A stretch of 64,000 nt of DNA from the NCBI GenBank assembly GCA_002269645.1, contig NIVC01000712.1, positions 434,001 to 498,000 on the forward strand, written 5' to 3'. The DNA is from Macrostomum lignano. Its lineage: Eukaryota. The notes under the pieces are model-generated. The model was given only the letters and a program-made list of their open reading frames with translations. It was not told the origin of the DNA and did not search any database. Shown piece after piece: positions 25,164 to 39,248 of this stretch (the stretch's first letter is position 1; the number at the start of each line of letters is the position of its first letter). Position numbers and translations under genes: made by a program.

Positions 25164-26731
25164 AGCAGTGCGAGCTAAAAGTACTGTGGTGCAGAAACAT
25201 CATGAGTATTAGTTTCGTCGCTCTCATTTTGTCTTTTTTGGTGGAAAACTTTAGCTAGAACTTTAGAATATGTTTCACATTATCCCAATTTTACATTCCC
25301 GAGATTTCACTTTTCCCATGTTTTATATTTCCCAGATTTCACAATTCCCAAACTCTAAATTCCCCAGATTTCTCTGGCGTCGCAAGTAAAAAACAAAAAG
25401 ATAAGCTGTCAGAGTCCTTTGACAGTAGCGGCACAAGTCGCAAAGGAAGGCCACGTCGCCAACCGAATCCGGGTCGCCAGCGTCAGCCAGCAGGCTGGAG
25501 ACAAGGCGCGAACCCGCGATACGTGCATGGGACTGCTTGATTGTGCCAGCCGCTCTCACCTCATGTACGCAAGGCGAACCCCAGAGCTATTTTTAGCAAC
25601 ACATCTGTATAGTGCCATCTGCATGTGCAAGTGCACGGGGATTCTCTGGTCTGTGTTGAACGAACGCTCTTTAATTGTTAAACTTTTGCGTTATTAACAA
25701 GTTTTTTTCTGTTATCTTCTGCTTGCATGGCAGAAAGACTTTCAAACACTCTGGCCTGTAAAGGCCCTATTATGAGTGAGGCCCAAATCTCAGAATTCGT
25801 AGCACAGAATATATTATTCAAAGCAGGGTATTTGATCTAGTCAACAAGAACGCATAGGCACAATGCAAAAAATGCATAGTTTGAGTTGGGTAGTGTTAGA
25901 GCTCACGAAGTTTCTCTCTGTGTCATTTTTAGGCAACCATCAACCCCAACGCATTTTGTTGGGAGTCTTCTGTGTCACGCGTTCGCAGGCTGCTGGCTGC
26001 TGCAGCCTCTAATCTCGGAAACAGTTATTTAAATAAACAATGCTGAAAATGAAACGGAATGAAATTTCATTGCTATGTGCATGCTATATGCGCTAGTAAA
26101 TTTATTACATTTTCATTACAAAACGTATATTTCGTAAAAGAGTTACAGTTAAAATGGTTAGATTAGTAGGTACAATAATTTTGTTAAAATAAATTTGCAG
26201 GCTTTGAATTTACCTACTAATACTATTAATACCCAAAATTGTCCATGCACTCGTTTTTTTACCACTGTTTAATTCATCAACAAACTAAACAGTCAATTCT
26301 TATTCCACACATCTTTCGCGTTAGTGCAGTGAAAACATCAAAAGATGTGTGGATGGATAAGGTAAAGCAGTAAATGAATTCTAAGTAAATGAAATATTTA
26401 TAATATTTACAGCGATTACCGCATTTATAAAGCAGAAAAATTGTTGCATATTAGTGACAGCATAAGTGTACAGTGATCACTCGCATATAACAGCTAGCGA
26501 ACTTCTCACTCAATCCTCGTAGTTCATTCTTAGTAAAGCTGCTAACACTTAGTTAACACCAGCAACAAAATCATAAAATATTGTCTGTTGAATCTTCAAA
26601 CCAGTCATTACCGGATGCGTCCGATGAGGAAGTGAAGCTGGATTTCGAGCAAACAGACTCCATAACTATTAATGATTTTGTCTCTTTTGCAAGCGCGGAT
26701 ATTGCTGATCAAAGCGAGATGATTAGCGTGA

Positions 26732-29700
26732 CTAAATGAGAGCTGGTAGGCTTTCAAGCTGTTTTATGTGCGTGCTGTAGCCAGAATGAACCAGAGGTTT
26801 TTGGGCGTCGGATTGGCAGGCCCCCTCAGGCCCTCCTCCCTTTTCAACGGGGCTTGGGACCGTCTTTGGCGAAGCTGCTGCTTCACGTTGAAGGCATTGC
26901 CGTCGACTCACAAAAATTAGCGTTAAAGTAGAGAGAAATAACAATAGAATCAAACCAGCAGCCACAAATTGAACCATAATCAGCCTCATCCGTTCAGGAC
27001 TGGGACTTGTTTGCTCTTCTTCCGCAGCCGGCTGGGCAGCCGCAAGCATCCAGTTGAGCACAGGTTGGCTCGAGTCTCCGCATCTGTTTCTGGCCGCATC
27101 CGGGAAGCTGATCAGAGCCGGAAGCTGCTCACTGCAGTCCGTAAAGCTCACCAGCCCGAGTACCTCACCATCAATGTTAAGATTGACAGCTCTGAGTGAA
27201 CCACAGGAAACTGAGGAGTTCGTACTCTGGACGGTATGGTTTCTGGAATTAAAGTGTAAAGAGTTGTGAAATTTGATTTAATTAGCCAGCCAATTGTTCC
27301 GACAGCAGATAAACTGTTATTCTCAAGTTAAGAAACTCACAGCTTATCAGCATCCTCGAACTCAGCCATTTTGCAGCCTTCTGCCCCGCAGTTCAGGTAG
27401 AAGACTTTCTTGGTCCTGTGCTCATAGAACAGTCCGATGCGAAGCCTCTGTGCAAGACTCAGCGGCTCCTTGCTGCGGGTGCTCAGGCCGGAGCCGACGC
27501 GAGTTCGCTGGCCTGAAGCCGGTGTTCAAGGGGAGTGAAATTGTGCAAAAGTTAAGGTGTGCGGTCTACAACCCAAGGTAAACAGCGATGTTCAGTAAAG
27601 GACACTGCATGCGTTCAATAAGCTGGCGCTGAAAACCATTTCTAAGTTACTGCAGGCGAGGAATTTACATCTCTCGTGCGTACTGCTCCTATTGTGGGTT
27701 TTGCGGCGGTTTAACATAACGGCTTTGTCGGCCTGAAACTTGTGAATATTATTCGATAATAATATGAAAACTATCGATGTAAAAGTAAGTGCAGGACAAC
27801 TTTATGTTTCTGATTATGGCGCTATCTGGTATCATGGGTTATATTATTGATGCTGTGTGAAGCATGCATATTGCAAAAATAATGTAACTTAGGCCATAGG
27901 AGCTTGGGGTATGAGATGCAACAGCAAATAAAACGAAGGTTTGTAACTTGAAAACTTTATTGAAATAAGAGCGTATTTGGAAATGCAGTTTTTAATTTGC
28001 ATTAATTATTATTAATTAATTTGAAAATTCGCCAATTAATTCGGCTTAAATTACCTACAGAGTGTGATTAAACCTTTTAATCACTGTCTTGTTTATGATT
28101 GGTAATCTGGTGAAAAATGTTTTTTTCAGTGGCGAAAAGGAGCATTTTTGAGCAATTGTTCAAATTTGATGCATACGCTCGTACACCGCAGCACAATTAT
28201 CAAGGCAAAACTTCTGGCTACGCATGCATTCTTTCTTTACCTGCGCTGTTACGTTGTAATAAGCTTTAAATATTGATTTAGTACTGACATGGCGGGTACA
28301 AGACCTGAATTTACCAGTTTTCTTGACCCGAAATGTTACTGTACTCTAAAATTTGGTGATAGACTTCAAGTTGATTCAATGCAAGCTGCACGCCACAGAC
28401 ATTAACCGTAGGAATACCTCAGGGAATTTCTCAGTTAAAATTTCTCAGGGAAAGGCTCATTTGCACTCATTCTCAGGAGCCATTAAATTCAATAGCTGAT
28501 GTGCAATGGAATATAGAATTTTACTTCATTTGATTGCAATTTAGATAAGCTTTTGTAGTGTAATTTAAGGTGCTATTTCTAAGATGGCTTTGTTTTTATC
28601 CCTAATCCATTCCTGACATGCATGTAGTATATTGAGGGAAGTTCACTAACACAGCAGCACTCAGCCCTGTTTTAAGATATATAGTCTTCATGCACTAGTA
28701 ATTCGTACATTATTGTTTCATTTCGCTAAGTGTTTGTAAAGCCACCGGCTCACTCCAGCTTACTCTCTTTGACGAAGTTCTGCAGAGCCGCGGAGCTGTT
28801 GAAGCTGGCGAGCCTCATGACTCCGCTGTCAGCGCTCATCGCAGCCAGCTCAGCAGTCAGGTTCCGACGAACCGATCCTGTGGTGTAGCAGTTGCTCTCA
28901 AAATTTGTAATGTTTCTGCAGCAGAATCCCGGCTCCATCAGCCGAATTTGTAGACCCGGGATATTCGCTGAGCTTCTCCGATTCAGCCGGAATGAGACCA
29001 TCAGGTAGCTCCTACAGTTTTTATGTAGAGTGCAGTGGTTGAGTTCAATTACAGAATTATAGATTTCAGAGAATTGGCCAGCTCTATCGTACCCTTTGGT
29101 CAGTTGCAGCACGCGCAGCATCTCCAGCTCCACTGGCTTTGGCTCGCTTGTTGAAGGCGACGAGCAAGTGGCTGGAAATGCATTGGGATTTTTATTAGCA
29201 GGGTGAGAATGAAAGCATTTGGCCGGTTTTATTAAGTACCAGCTAGCATGGGTCAAAAACTACTGACTGCTTGTTTACGGTAATGGTTAGAACTGGAAAT
29301 CGAAACCAATATCACCTGTATGACAGCAAGTTTAACGGTGCTCAAAGCAGCTTACAGTCCGAAGCCTTCGAGTGCAGTTCGTATCGCATCGGTTGCTGCT
29401 GTGCAGCTGAATCCAAAGATCTTGCCCACCTCCGCTGGCTTAAGTGCGCCTCCGTGTCAAAGCCAGTCAGAACCACAACGGCATTGTCAAGATGGTCAGT
29501 CAGAATCTTCCATTTGCAGTTGAGTCCTTCCTCAGGCACAGGGTCCGCGTCAGCTTTCGGAATGATTCGATCCTCAATGAACTCGAGTTTTTTGCTGAGC
29601 TGGAACTCATTGGTGATGCCACGCGGATAGCAGTACTCGTTGCCTGCAAGAGCTCTGTGGATAAGAAGAATGAGGAGGAGTAGATTTTTTGTAAATGGAC

Positions 29701-31650
29701 AGTGAAAAGTTGTCGGAAGGCTCAGCTCACTTAAAATTTGGTCTCTTTAACGTTATTTTCTGAGCTATTATTGGCAAAATGGGTTGTTGATTATGCGACT
29801 AATTGGCTTTTCGGCCGGTATTTCAGTTATTTCTCGCATACCAACCTGTTAAATAATATTTTATATTCTACGAGTAATAATATACAGAATGTATGATCAC
29901 AACATACTATTATTATTAGCTACGCCCATGAACATGAAGAAATGTCATCGATTTTGTGACAACATTCTAGCTGAAATCAATACGATAAAATAGTTGTGTA
30001 CTTACTATCCTACTGATAGTAAAAAGACAAAAAACTTGTGTGAAAAACAAGTGCTGTTTAACCCACCGAACTGTTCTGCGGTTTAACCAGCTACAGTTGT
30101 TCAATGGTATAATTCAATTAACTTTCGTACAATAATGTACGACATTAACAGCGCCAGCCTCGCAAGGACAAGTCCCCAAATAACAGCCCCACCAAGGGGC
30201 AGTCCCCAAAAAAGACAGCACCAAAAAGGACAGTGCCCCAAGCAGTATGACACCCCAATCAGTATGATGACCCAATCATTATGATGACCCAATCAGTATG
30301 ATGACCCAATAAGTATGATGACCCAATCATTATGATGACCCAATCAGTATGATGACCCAATCATTATGATGACCCAATCAGTATGATAACCCAATCAGTA
30401 TGATGACCCAATCAGTATGATGACCCAATCAGTATGATGACCCAATCAGTATGATGACCCAATCAGTATGATGACCCAATCAGTATGATGACCCAATCAG
30501 TATGATGACCCAATCAGTATGATGACCCAATCAGTATGATGACCCAATCAGCATGATGACCCAATCAGTATGATGACCCAATCAGTATGATGACCCAATC
30601 AGTATGATGACCCAATCAGTATGATGACCCAATCAGTATGATGACCCAATCAGTATGATGACCCAATCAGCATGATGACCCAATCAGCATGATGACCCAA
30701 TCAGTATGATGACCCAATCAGTATGATGACCCAATCAGCATGATGACCCAATCAGTATGATGACCCAATCAGTATGATGACCCAATCAGTATGATGACCC
30801 AATCATTATGATGACCCAATCAGTATGATGACCCAATCAGTATGATGACCCAATCAGTATGATGACCCAATCAGTATGATGACCCAATCAGTATGATGAC
30901 CCAATCAGCATGATGACCCAATCAGCATGATGACCCAATCAGTATGATGACCCAATCAGTATGATGACCCAATCAGCATGATGACCCAATCAGTATGATG
31001 ACCCAATCAGCATGATGACCCAATCAGTATGATGACCCAATCAGTATGATGACCCAATCAGTATGATGACCCAATCAGTATGATGACCCAATCAGTATGA
31101 TGACCAAATCAGTGACGCCCAAATCAGTATGATGACCCAATCAGTATGATGACCCAATCGGTATGATGACCCAATCAGTTACGCCCCAATCAGTGACGCC
31201 CCAATCAGTGACGCCCCAATCAGTGACGCCCCAATCAGTATGATGACCCAATCAGTATGATGACCCAATCAGTATGATGACCCAATCAGTATGATGACCC
31301 AATCAGTATGATGACCCAATCAGTGACACCCCAATCAGTATGATGACCCAATCAGTGACACCCCAATCAGTATGATGACCCAATCAGTGACACCCCAATC
31401 AGTATGATGACCCAATCAGTGACACCCCAATCAGTATGATGACCAAATCAGTGACGCCCCAATCAGTATGACGCACCCAAAGTGTGGCATCCAAAAGCAT
31501 CTAATCACACCAATCAAAACCTGAAATCCGCTAGAAATCCCCGCTGGTGCAAGAAATTAAGCTTCGCATCACTCACATTTGAAGTGCAGAAGACAGCAGC
31601 AGAAGAGTCGCCAGGCTTCTGTCTATCACAATCTGCAAATTCAGCCGCAT
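26732..31650 (-). CDS. Type-I membrane protein family copy 2, intact, 487 aa
   Basis: Exons 31650-31577, 29654-29356, 29171-28764, 27512-27341 and 27242-26732 total 1464 nt in an open frame. The protein has a signal peptide (MRLNLQIVIDRSLATLLLLSSALQIALA), a Cys-containing ectodomain, a TM helix (LIMVQFVAAGLILLLFLSTLTLIFV) and an RR stop-transfer. Confidence 0.82.
30242..31477. repeat. 17-bp minisatellite in intron 1 of copy 2 (~70 units)
   Basis: Same GACCCAATCAGTATGAT unit as 19381-19595. Confidence 0.97.
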
Positions 31651-33162
31651 GTCGCTCACTTCCGGCACCTAAAATTCGCGATGAGAGGTGGGTGCAGCAT
31701 GGATTTTCTGTGTCTGCGCCAGCATTTACACGTAAGACGTGAAACTGCTGAACAATGATATTCGTAAATTGCATCAAACTTCTTGTACGCGTACTATACG
31801 AAATTTCTAATTTAGCAATCTGATTTCTGTTTTAGTACCCGGACGTAGTGACACATTTCTTGGCTTTTAGCTCGTGCTCGTAGTTTACTCAACCCTGCTG
31901 TCAAGGAATTTTAGATGCAAAATCGTGTAGATTTAGTTTTTATTTGATTTTATATGTAATGAAGCATCTGGCGAGCCAGACTCAGCCTTTGCTCTGACTT
32001 ACCTGAGCATACGAGCGTAATTGCATGTATATTTGAGTGGCTCTAATGACCTCAATAGCTATAATACTATACATGTGTTGCAGATTTAGTCATCTTTTCA
32101 GATTGAATTTAAAAATAATTTAGCAGTAGAAGTACAATACACACACAACCCCAAAGGACTCGCGAACGAGAATGTCTGTTAATCGAACGATGGTAGAAAA
32201 TTCTGTGGTAACACAAAATATTTTGTTAACGATTCTAACTATTTTGCTTCCTATCTTTCCTTAAACAAATATCATTTGACAAAAGAGGACACTTTAACAT
32301 GGCCATCAAATTATGCTCAAATTTCTTAAAAACTATGGTAACTAAATGTGCACGAAACTCAACTCACTGTCCATGTGGACTCACTCACCAAGAGATGTTG
32401 GCCAACTCCAGCTTCCTGCAGACTTTATGCAAGAAAATTTAAGAAGGGAGCACCACGGAAAACGCATGATTTTACAGGCGAAGCCGCGGTAACTCTGTGG
32501 CAGATCCAAGTAAAATCCAAGTAAAAACCCACGGCTTTTCCGCGGCGAATGTTTCTCTTAAAGCAGTTGGAATTTGCCCCTCCTTTCAAGTACAACTAAA
32601 AGGCAATTCCATGGCTCTCCCATGGAAATTCAGTCAGTAGAATTGTTTAAATAGGGTTGGAGTGTGGGTGTATGCGTGCGCACAGTTGCCGCCCTATTGT
32701 ACGAGTACGTAGCATGCCAGGAAAGAGAGACAGAAGAGATCTGTATCGTTCATGCGCTTTCAGACCAAGCATGCACTGTTCTCTGTACGCCGCCTAACGC
32801 TGTACGTTCGTACAAAAAAGAAAACTTCAATTTTTCTGTGAACTTAAGAGTTCTTTATTTATTGTTCAAAGCTCAAGGCCCAAAGGCAAAGCAGTTAACT
32901 GCAGGGAATGATTACAAGCATGTGACATACGTAGGGTCTGGTGGATGTCACTGTCGTCAAAAGTTAAGAGACTAAAATTTTCTTTAGGGTTTCACAAGGG
33001 TCTTCAGAATGTGTTTATGAATTCTTCTTTTAGTTCAGTTCAACAACTGCGAGCAGTGCGAGCTTACGAGCTAAAAGTACTGAGGTGCAGAAACAGCATG
33101 AGTATTAGTTTCTTCGCTCTCATTTTTTTTCTGGTGGAAAACTTTAGCTAGAACTTTAGGGT

Positions 33163-33710
33163 ATGTTTCACATTCCCCAGAGTTCACATTCCCCAGATTT
33201 CACATTCCCCAGAGTTCACATTCCCCAGAGTTCACATTCCCCAGAGTTCACATTCCCCAGATTTCACATTCCCCAGAGTTCACATTCCCCAGAGTTCACA
33301 TTCCCCAGAGTTCACATTCCCCAGATTTTACATTCCCCAGAGTTCACATTCCCCAGAGTTTACATTCCCCAGAGTTCACATTCACCAGAATTCCCATTTC
33401 CCAGATTTTGCATAACCAGTTTTCACATTCCCCAGATTTCAAATTCCGCAGATTTCAAATTTCCCAGATCAAATTCCGCAGATTTCACATTCCCCAGATT
33501 TCACATTCCGCAGATTTCAAATTCCGCAGATTTCACATTCCCCAGATTTCACATTCCCCCAGTGTTCACATTCACCAGAATTCCCATTCCCCAGATTTTG
33601 CATCAACAGATTTCACATTTCCCAGATTTAACATTCCTTGCATTTCACACTCACCATATTTCACATTCCCAAGATTTTACGTTCCCAAAATTTTACATTC
33701 CCCATATTTC
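33163..33710. repeat. Degenerate 15-bp tandem repeat (duplicate of 21283-21825)
   Basis: TTCACATTCCCCAGA units. Confidence 0.9.
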
Positions 33711-35699
33711 TCCGGCGTCGCAATAAACAACAATACAGCAGCACAGGGCGCGCCTCTGGGTCAGGTCGCAAAGGAGGGCCACGTCGACGACTGAATCCAG
33801 GGCGCAGGCGTCAGACAGCAGGCAGGAGACAAGGCGCGAACCCGCGATACGCGGCCTGCCTGCCTGCTTGTGCCAGCTGGACGCCACCCTCACCCATGTA
33901 CGTAGGAAAAACCCAGAGCTATTTTTAGCAACACATCTATAGAGAGCCATCTGCATGTGCAAGTACAAGGGATTCTCTGGCCTGTGCGGAACGCTCCTTG
34001 ATTTTTAAACGTTATTAACAGGTTTTTTCCCTATTATCTTCTGCTTCCATGGCAGAAAGACTTCAAACACACCGGCCTCTAAGGCCCTATTATGAGTGCG
34101 AGGCTCACAGCTCAGAATTCGCAGTAATGAACACTTCAAGGCAGTGTATCTTATAATCAACTAAAACTAATCAACTAATGAATAGTTTGAGCGGGGTAGG
34201 GTTAGCGCTCACGCAGTTTCTCTCTGTGCTGTTTTTATGGCAATTATCAACCCCCGCCTCTCAACACATTTTGCTGCGAGTCTTCTGTGTCACGCGTTCG
34301 CAGGCTGCTGGCTTGGCCCTCAAATCTCAGATTCGTTATTGTCATTTGGGCATTGAGATCGGCTTTCATAAGCTGGTCTGTTTGAATAGGTTTGATCAAG
34401 ATGAGTAGAGGTTGTTGTTTTTTCCACTTCGATGCAAGCGCTTTTCCGGTGCTTACAGACAGGTATTAAAAGAATGAAAGAAACTGCAAATGATAACACG
34501 AACAAGTTTTGTAACTTAGATACTTACTGAATGTTATCTTACTTTTTATTTTCTTTCTTTCTAATCTCTTTCCACTTTCTTACTAATCTCTTCTTTGATT
34601 AAAAAGATCAGGAGCGTGGCCACGGAAGGGCCAAAGGGCGATCCGACCCTCCAAATAGGCTGGCAAAGCTAATGGCTGAGTACCTACTGACTTGGCGCCT
34701 CTTCAGCAGGTTTGGCGCTTCTTTTCCCAATTCTAGCAGTTCCCCCGACCACCACTTTGGCTACTTTGGCCCCAACAACAGCCCTTGGTGCTGGCGCCCC
34801 TTGGTGCTGACGCCCATTGGCCCAAAAGTACCGGGGTGATAACGGAATGCTTGAGATACCAGCTGAGGATGTCCAGCAGCTTGCCTACTGGATCTCGCTT
34901 GATCATCGAAACTAGATAAATTTGCAACAGCGTGTCTATAGTCACCTGGTGCCACCTGTGGAAGGTCCAGAAGCTCCGCCTGGGTGAAGCCTAGTGACCA
35001 ACGAATGCAGAGCTGATGCAGACACATGTGGTCGACGTGCTGATGAAATTTGGAGACTTGGCAAGGCTGCACTGAGGCGAAGTGCTGATTGGCGCTCAGG
35101 GGTGTACTGAATACACTGGCGCTTATGGAAAAAATCAGACCTTCTGGCAGAATCGTCGAATATCTCGACAGTCTGGAGGGCTTGTGTTAGCCCGTGTTGT
35201 TGAATTTCGTATGTCTGCGTTGCTCCAGTACGGCGCAGCAAAAAAATGTCAGGAGGATACCCCCCTCTGGGTAGTTATACTGTTAATTAAGTTCTCGGAT
35301 TTTTTATCGTTACTTAATTATATTTTCTTCCTCGTTATTGTTTTATTTCCTCTTACAAATGTTTGATCCAGGGATTACATTTTCGATTGCCTTCTTTCTA
35401 GATTACGAGTAGTCTTGAAAGCAGCTCTCTGACTACCTTGATCATCGATCACTTAATCAGAGTGCATAATTCTTGAATAACTGGATTCTTCAAGTGACAT
35501 CTTAATCAATTTTGCCTGTTACTGGTAAAATTTAATTTGTAATTCCAATATACGCTTGCAAATTGATACACTTTTATTACAAAAGTTAATAAATGGTTAG
35601 GATACAATAATAGGTTAGTACGTAAATGTGGCTTCGTTCTGAAATTCTCAATGCGTTCGATTATCGGGCCACTACTTCGTATTAACTTAGTTACGAGCG

Positions 35700-35869
35700 C
35701 AGGGGCGTCGCCACCGGGGGGGGGCATGGGGGACATGTACCCCAGTAAAAGCTATGGGGGAGACATATAGCACCTGCGGCACCAAAATGAGTGCTAACAA
35801 CACTAATTCACAATAATGTACATGTAGAAATTTAGTCATGTACTCGTAAAATCTATGGCGGCGCCCCTG
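35700..35869. mobile_element. hAT-type MITE (duplicated with the segment)
   Basis: Same TIRs and TACGAGCG TSD as 23818-23985. Confidence 0.85.
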
Positions 35870-36530
35870 TACGAGCGTACATATTAAACAGTGTACGATT
35901 ATTCCACACTTACTTCACTCTACTGCAAATATAAGGAGGCGTGGATGGACAATAAACGTGACATGACAGGTCCGGTGATGAAATTTGTACATGGGCTAAG
36001 TGTACATTGGGGAGCTACTGAGGAACAATGGGCATATTTTGCAAATGTATCTGGGTAGAAGTATTCTGGACAGAAGCTCGTGCAGCCTCCATGACTTCTG
36101 CCATTGCTCGGATTAAGAAAGAAGTAAATCCATATACTAAAAATGAATTAATTATAAAAAATATAAATATTTCCGATATTTGCAGAGATTTACAGCATTT
36201 AAACAGCAGAACAGTAACAGCATAATTATACAGTCATCACTCGCATGTAACAGCATATTTCTCATTCAATCCTCTTATAGTTTCAATGAAGAGCTTTGAG
36301 GCTGTGAACTATTATTCTTACGATTAGTAAAGCTTAGTTAACACCAACAACTAAAACACAAAATCTTCAAACCTGACATCTACTCGATGAAGCCGATGAG
36401 GAAGTGAAGCTGGATTTCGAGTAATCAGACTCCATAATTATGGATAGTTTGGTCTCTTTTGCAAGCGCGGTTATTGGCTGATCAAATACGAGCTAGAGTT
36501 GACTGGCGAACCAAAATCAGACTCATTCTT

Positions 36531-36735
36531 TTAGGACTGCGACTTGCTTGTTCTTAGCTCGTATTCTGCAGTTGGCTGGGCAGCCACAAGCATCCAGCTG
36601 AGCACAGGTTGGCTCGAGTTTTCTCTCTTAATTATCATCTCTTGTTGGCTCTTATCATCAATGATAAGATTGACAGTTCTGAGTGAGTCACAGAAGACTG
36701 AGGAGTTTGTACTCAAAGCGGTATGGTTTCTATGG
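36531..36735 (-). pseudogene. Degenerate orphan exon-5 remnant of the membrane-protein family
   Basis: Encodes STNSSVFCDSLRTVNL...SSQPVLSWMLVAAQPTAE, with an internal replacement and no TM segment. Confidence 0.7.
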
Positions 36736-36750
36736 TACGTTTGGTACTTT

Positions 36751-37348
36751 TGGCAGTCAAATTGTGGCAGTCAAATTGTGGCAGTCAAATTGTGGCAGTC
36801 AAATTGTGGCAGTCAAATTGTGGCAGTCAAATTGTGGCAGTCAAATTGTGGCAGTCAAATTGTGGCAGTCAAATTGTGGCAGTCAAATTGTGGCAGTCAA
36901 ATTGTGGCAGTCAAATTGTGGCAGTCAAATTGTGGCAGTCAAATTGTGGCAGTCAAATTGTGGCAGTCAAATTGTGGCAGTCAAATTGTGGCAGTCAAAT
37001 TGTGGCAGTCAAATTGTGGCAGTCAAATTGTGGCAGTCAAATTGTGGCAGTCAAATTGTGGCAGTCAAATTGTGGCAGTCAAATTGTGGCAGTCAAATTG
37101 TGGCAGTCAAATTGTGGCAGTCAAATTGTGGCAGTCAAATTGTGGCAGTCAAATTGTGGCAGTCAAATTGTGGCAGTCAAATTGTGGCAGTCAAATTGTG
37201 GCAGTCAAATTGTGGCAGTCAAATTGTGGCAGTCAAATTGTGGCAGTCAAATTGTGGCAGTCAAATTGTGGCAGTCAAATTGTGGCAGTCAAATTGTGGC
37301 AGTCAAATTGTGGCAGTCAAATTGTGGCAGTCAAATTGTGGCAGTCAA
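36751..37348. repeat. Perfect 14-bp minisatellite (~43 units)
   Basis: Unit TGGCAGTCAAATTG with no variants seen. Confidence 0.98.
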
Positions 37349-39248
37349 CTGCCACAGACTCAACTAAATGTGCACGAAACTTAACTCATTGTCTCTGTGT
37401 ACTAACCAAGAGAAGTTTCTCTGCTTCTTGCAATATTTGCAAATTTTGATGGGGGGTAGCAACCGTGGCAAACGCATGATTTTATTTACAGGTGAAGCTG
37501 CGGTAACTCTGTGGCAAGTCCAAGTGAAACCCACGGCTTTTCCGCGGATTTTTCTTCTGTGAATAAGTCTCCAAGTACTTTTAAAAGGTCATTCCATGGC
37601 TTTTCCATGGAAATTTAGCCGATACAATACAGGAATGCGGATCTATGCCGCCGAGTACTATGCGAGGAAAGAGAAGCAGAAGGACGCACGCTTCTTGTAC
37701 CAAAGCAGTTTCCAAAGCAGCATGCACTGTTCGCTGTACGCCTCCCCCCCCCCCAAAGTCAAGTGCTGTACAAAAAAGGAACTTCAGTTTTGTTCCAAGT
37801 TACTTTAGATTTTTTTGTTGTTATTTTGAAAGGTTGCGAAATAAATGAATACGCAATATATGGTACAGTTCCCACAAAAAGTTCGTAGTTAATAGACTCA
37901 TCTCACGGCTCAAAGCACTCAACTGCAAGGAATAAGATTATAAGCATGTGAAATTACGTCTGAGTCCGGCGGATGTCCCTCTCGTCTAAACTAAGGAATT
38001 AAAAGTTTATTTTTGTAATCTTTCTTTTAGTTTAGTTTCACAACTGCGAGCTCAAGGTACTGTACGTGTGGTGCACAAACAGCATTAATTTCGCTGCTCT
38101 CATTTTGTACCTTAGGCGGACACCTTAAGCTAGAATTTTCGGGCACTGGGTATGTTTCAAATTACCCCATATTTCATATTTTCCAGATTTCACATCCCTG
38201 AATTTTACATTTCTTACATTTTACATTCCCCAAATATTACGTTCCCAAATTCTACATTTCTTTGATTTCCCTGGCTTCGTAAAGAAGCATCAATAAGATT
38301 ACGCTGTCAGATTACTTAGACGGAAGCGGCACAGGGCGCGCCTCTGGACCAGGTCGTGAAGGATTGTCACGTCGCCGACCGAATCCGGTACATTGGCGTG
38401 AGCCAGCAGGCTGCAAACAAGGCGCGAAGCCGCGATACGCGGCCTGCCTGCTTGTGCCAGCTGGACGCCGCCCTCACCCCATGTACGCAGGGGCGAACCC
38501 CAGAGCTATTTTTAGCAACACATCTGTAGAGTACAACTTGGGGATTCTCTGGTCTTTTCTGAAGGCTCCTTGATTTTTAAAACGTTATTAACAAGTTTTT
38601 TTCCTGTTATCTTATTATTGCATCGCTGAAGGACTTCAGCGATGTAATAATAACACACTGGCCTCCAAAAGCCCTATTGAGCGCGAGGCTCACAGCTCAG
38701 AATTCGCAGTACCGAATATTATTCAAAGCAGTGTATCTTATAGTCAACAAGAACGCATAGGCACAATGCAGAAAATGAATATTTTGAGTTGGGTAGAGTT
38801 AGCGCTCCTGCAGTTTCTCTCTGTGCTGTTGTTAAGGCAACCATCAACCCCCGCATTTTGCTGGGAGTCTGTGTCACGCGTTCGTAGGCTGCTAGCTTGG
38901 CCCTCAAATCTCAGCTTCGTTATTGTCCTTTGGGAATTGAGGTCGGCTTTCTTAAGCTGGTCTGTTTGGATAGCTTCATGGTCAAGACGAGTAGAGGTCG
39001 TTGTTTTTCCACTTCGATGCAAGCTCTTTTCACCACCAAGCTCTTTTTCGGTGCTTACAGTTATTAAAAGAATAAAAGAAACTGCAGATGACAAAATAAA
39101 CATATTTTGTAACTTATATACTAATTTTATCTTACCTTCTATTTTCCTTCTATCTAATTTCTTTCCACTTTCTTATCAATCTCTTCTTTGATTAAAAAAG
39201 ATCAGAAGCGTGGCCAGGGAAGGGCCCTCCAAATAGGCTGGCAAAACT

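Noticed and set aside
36544-37449. Three long ORFs with WQSNCGSQIVAVKL repeats
   Set aside because: By-product of a stop-free 14-bp tandem repeat read in all three frames.
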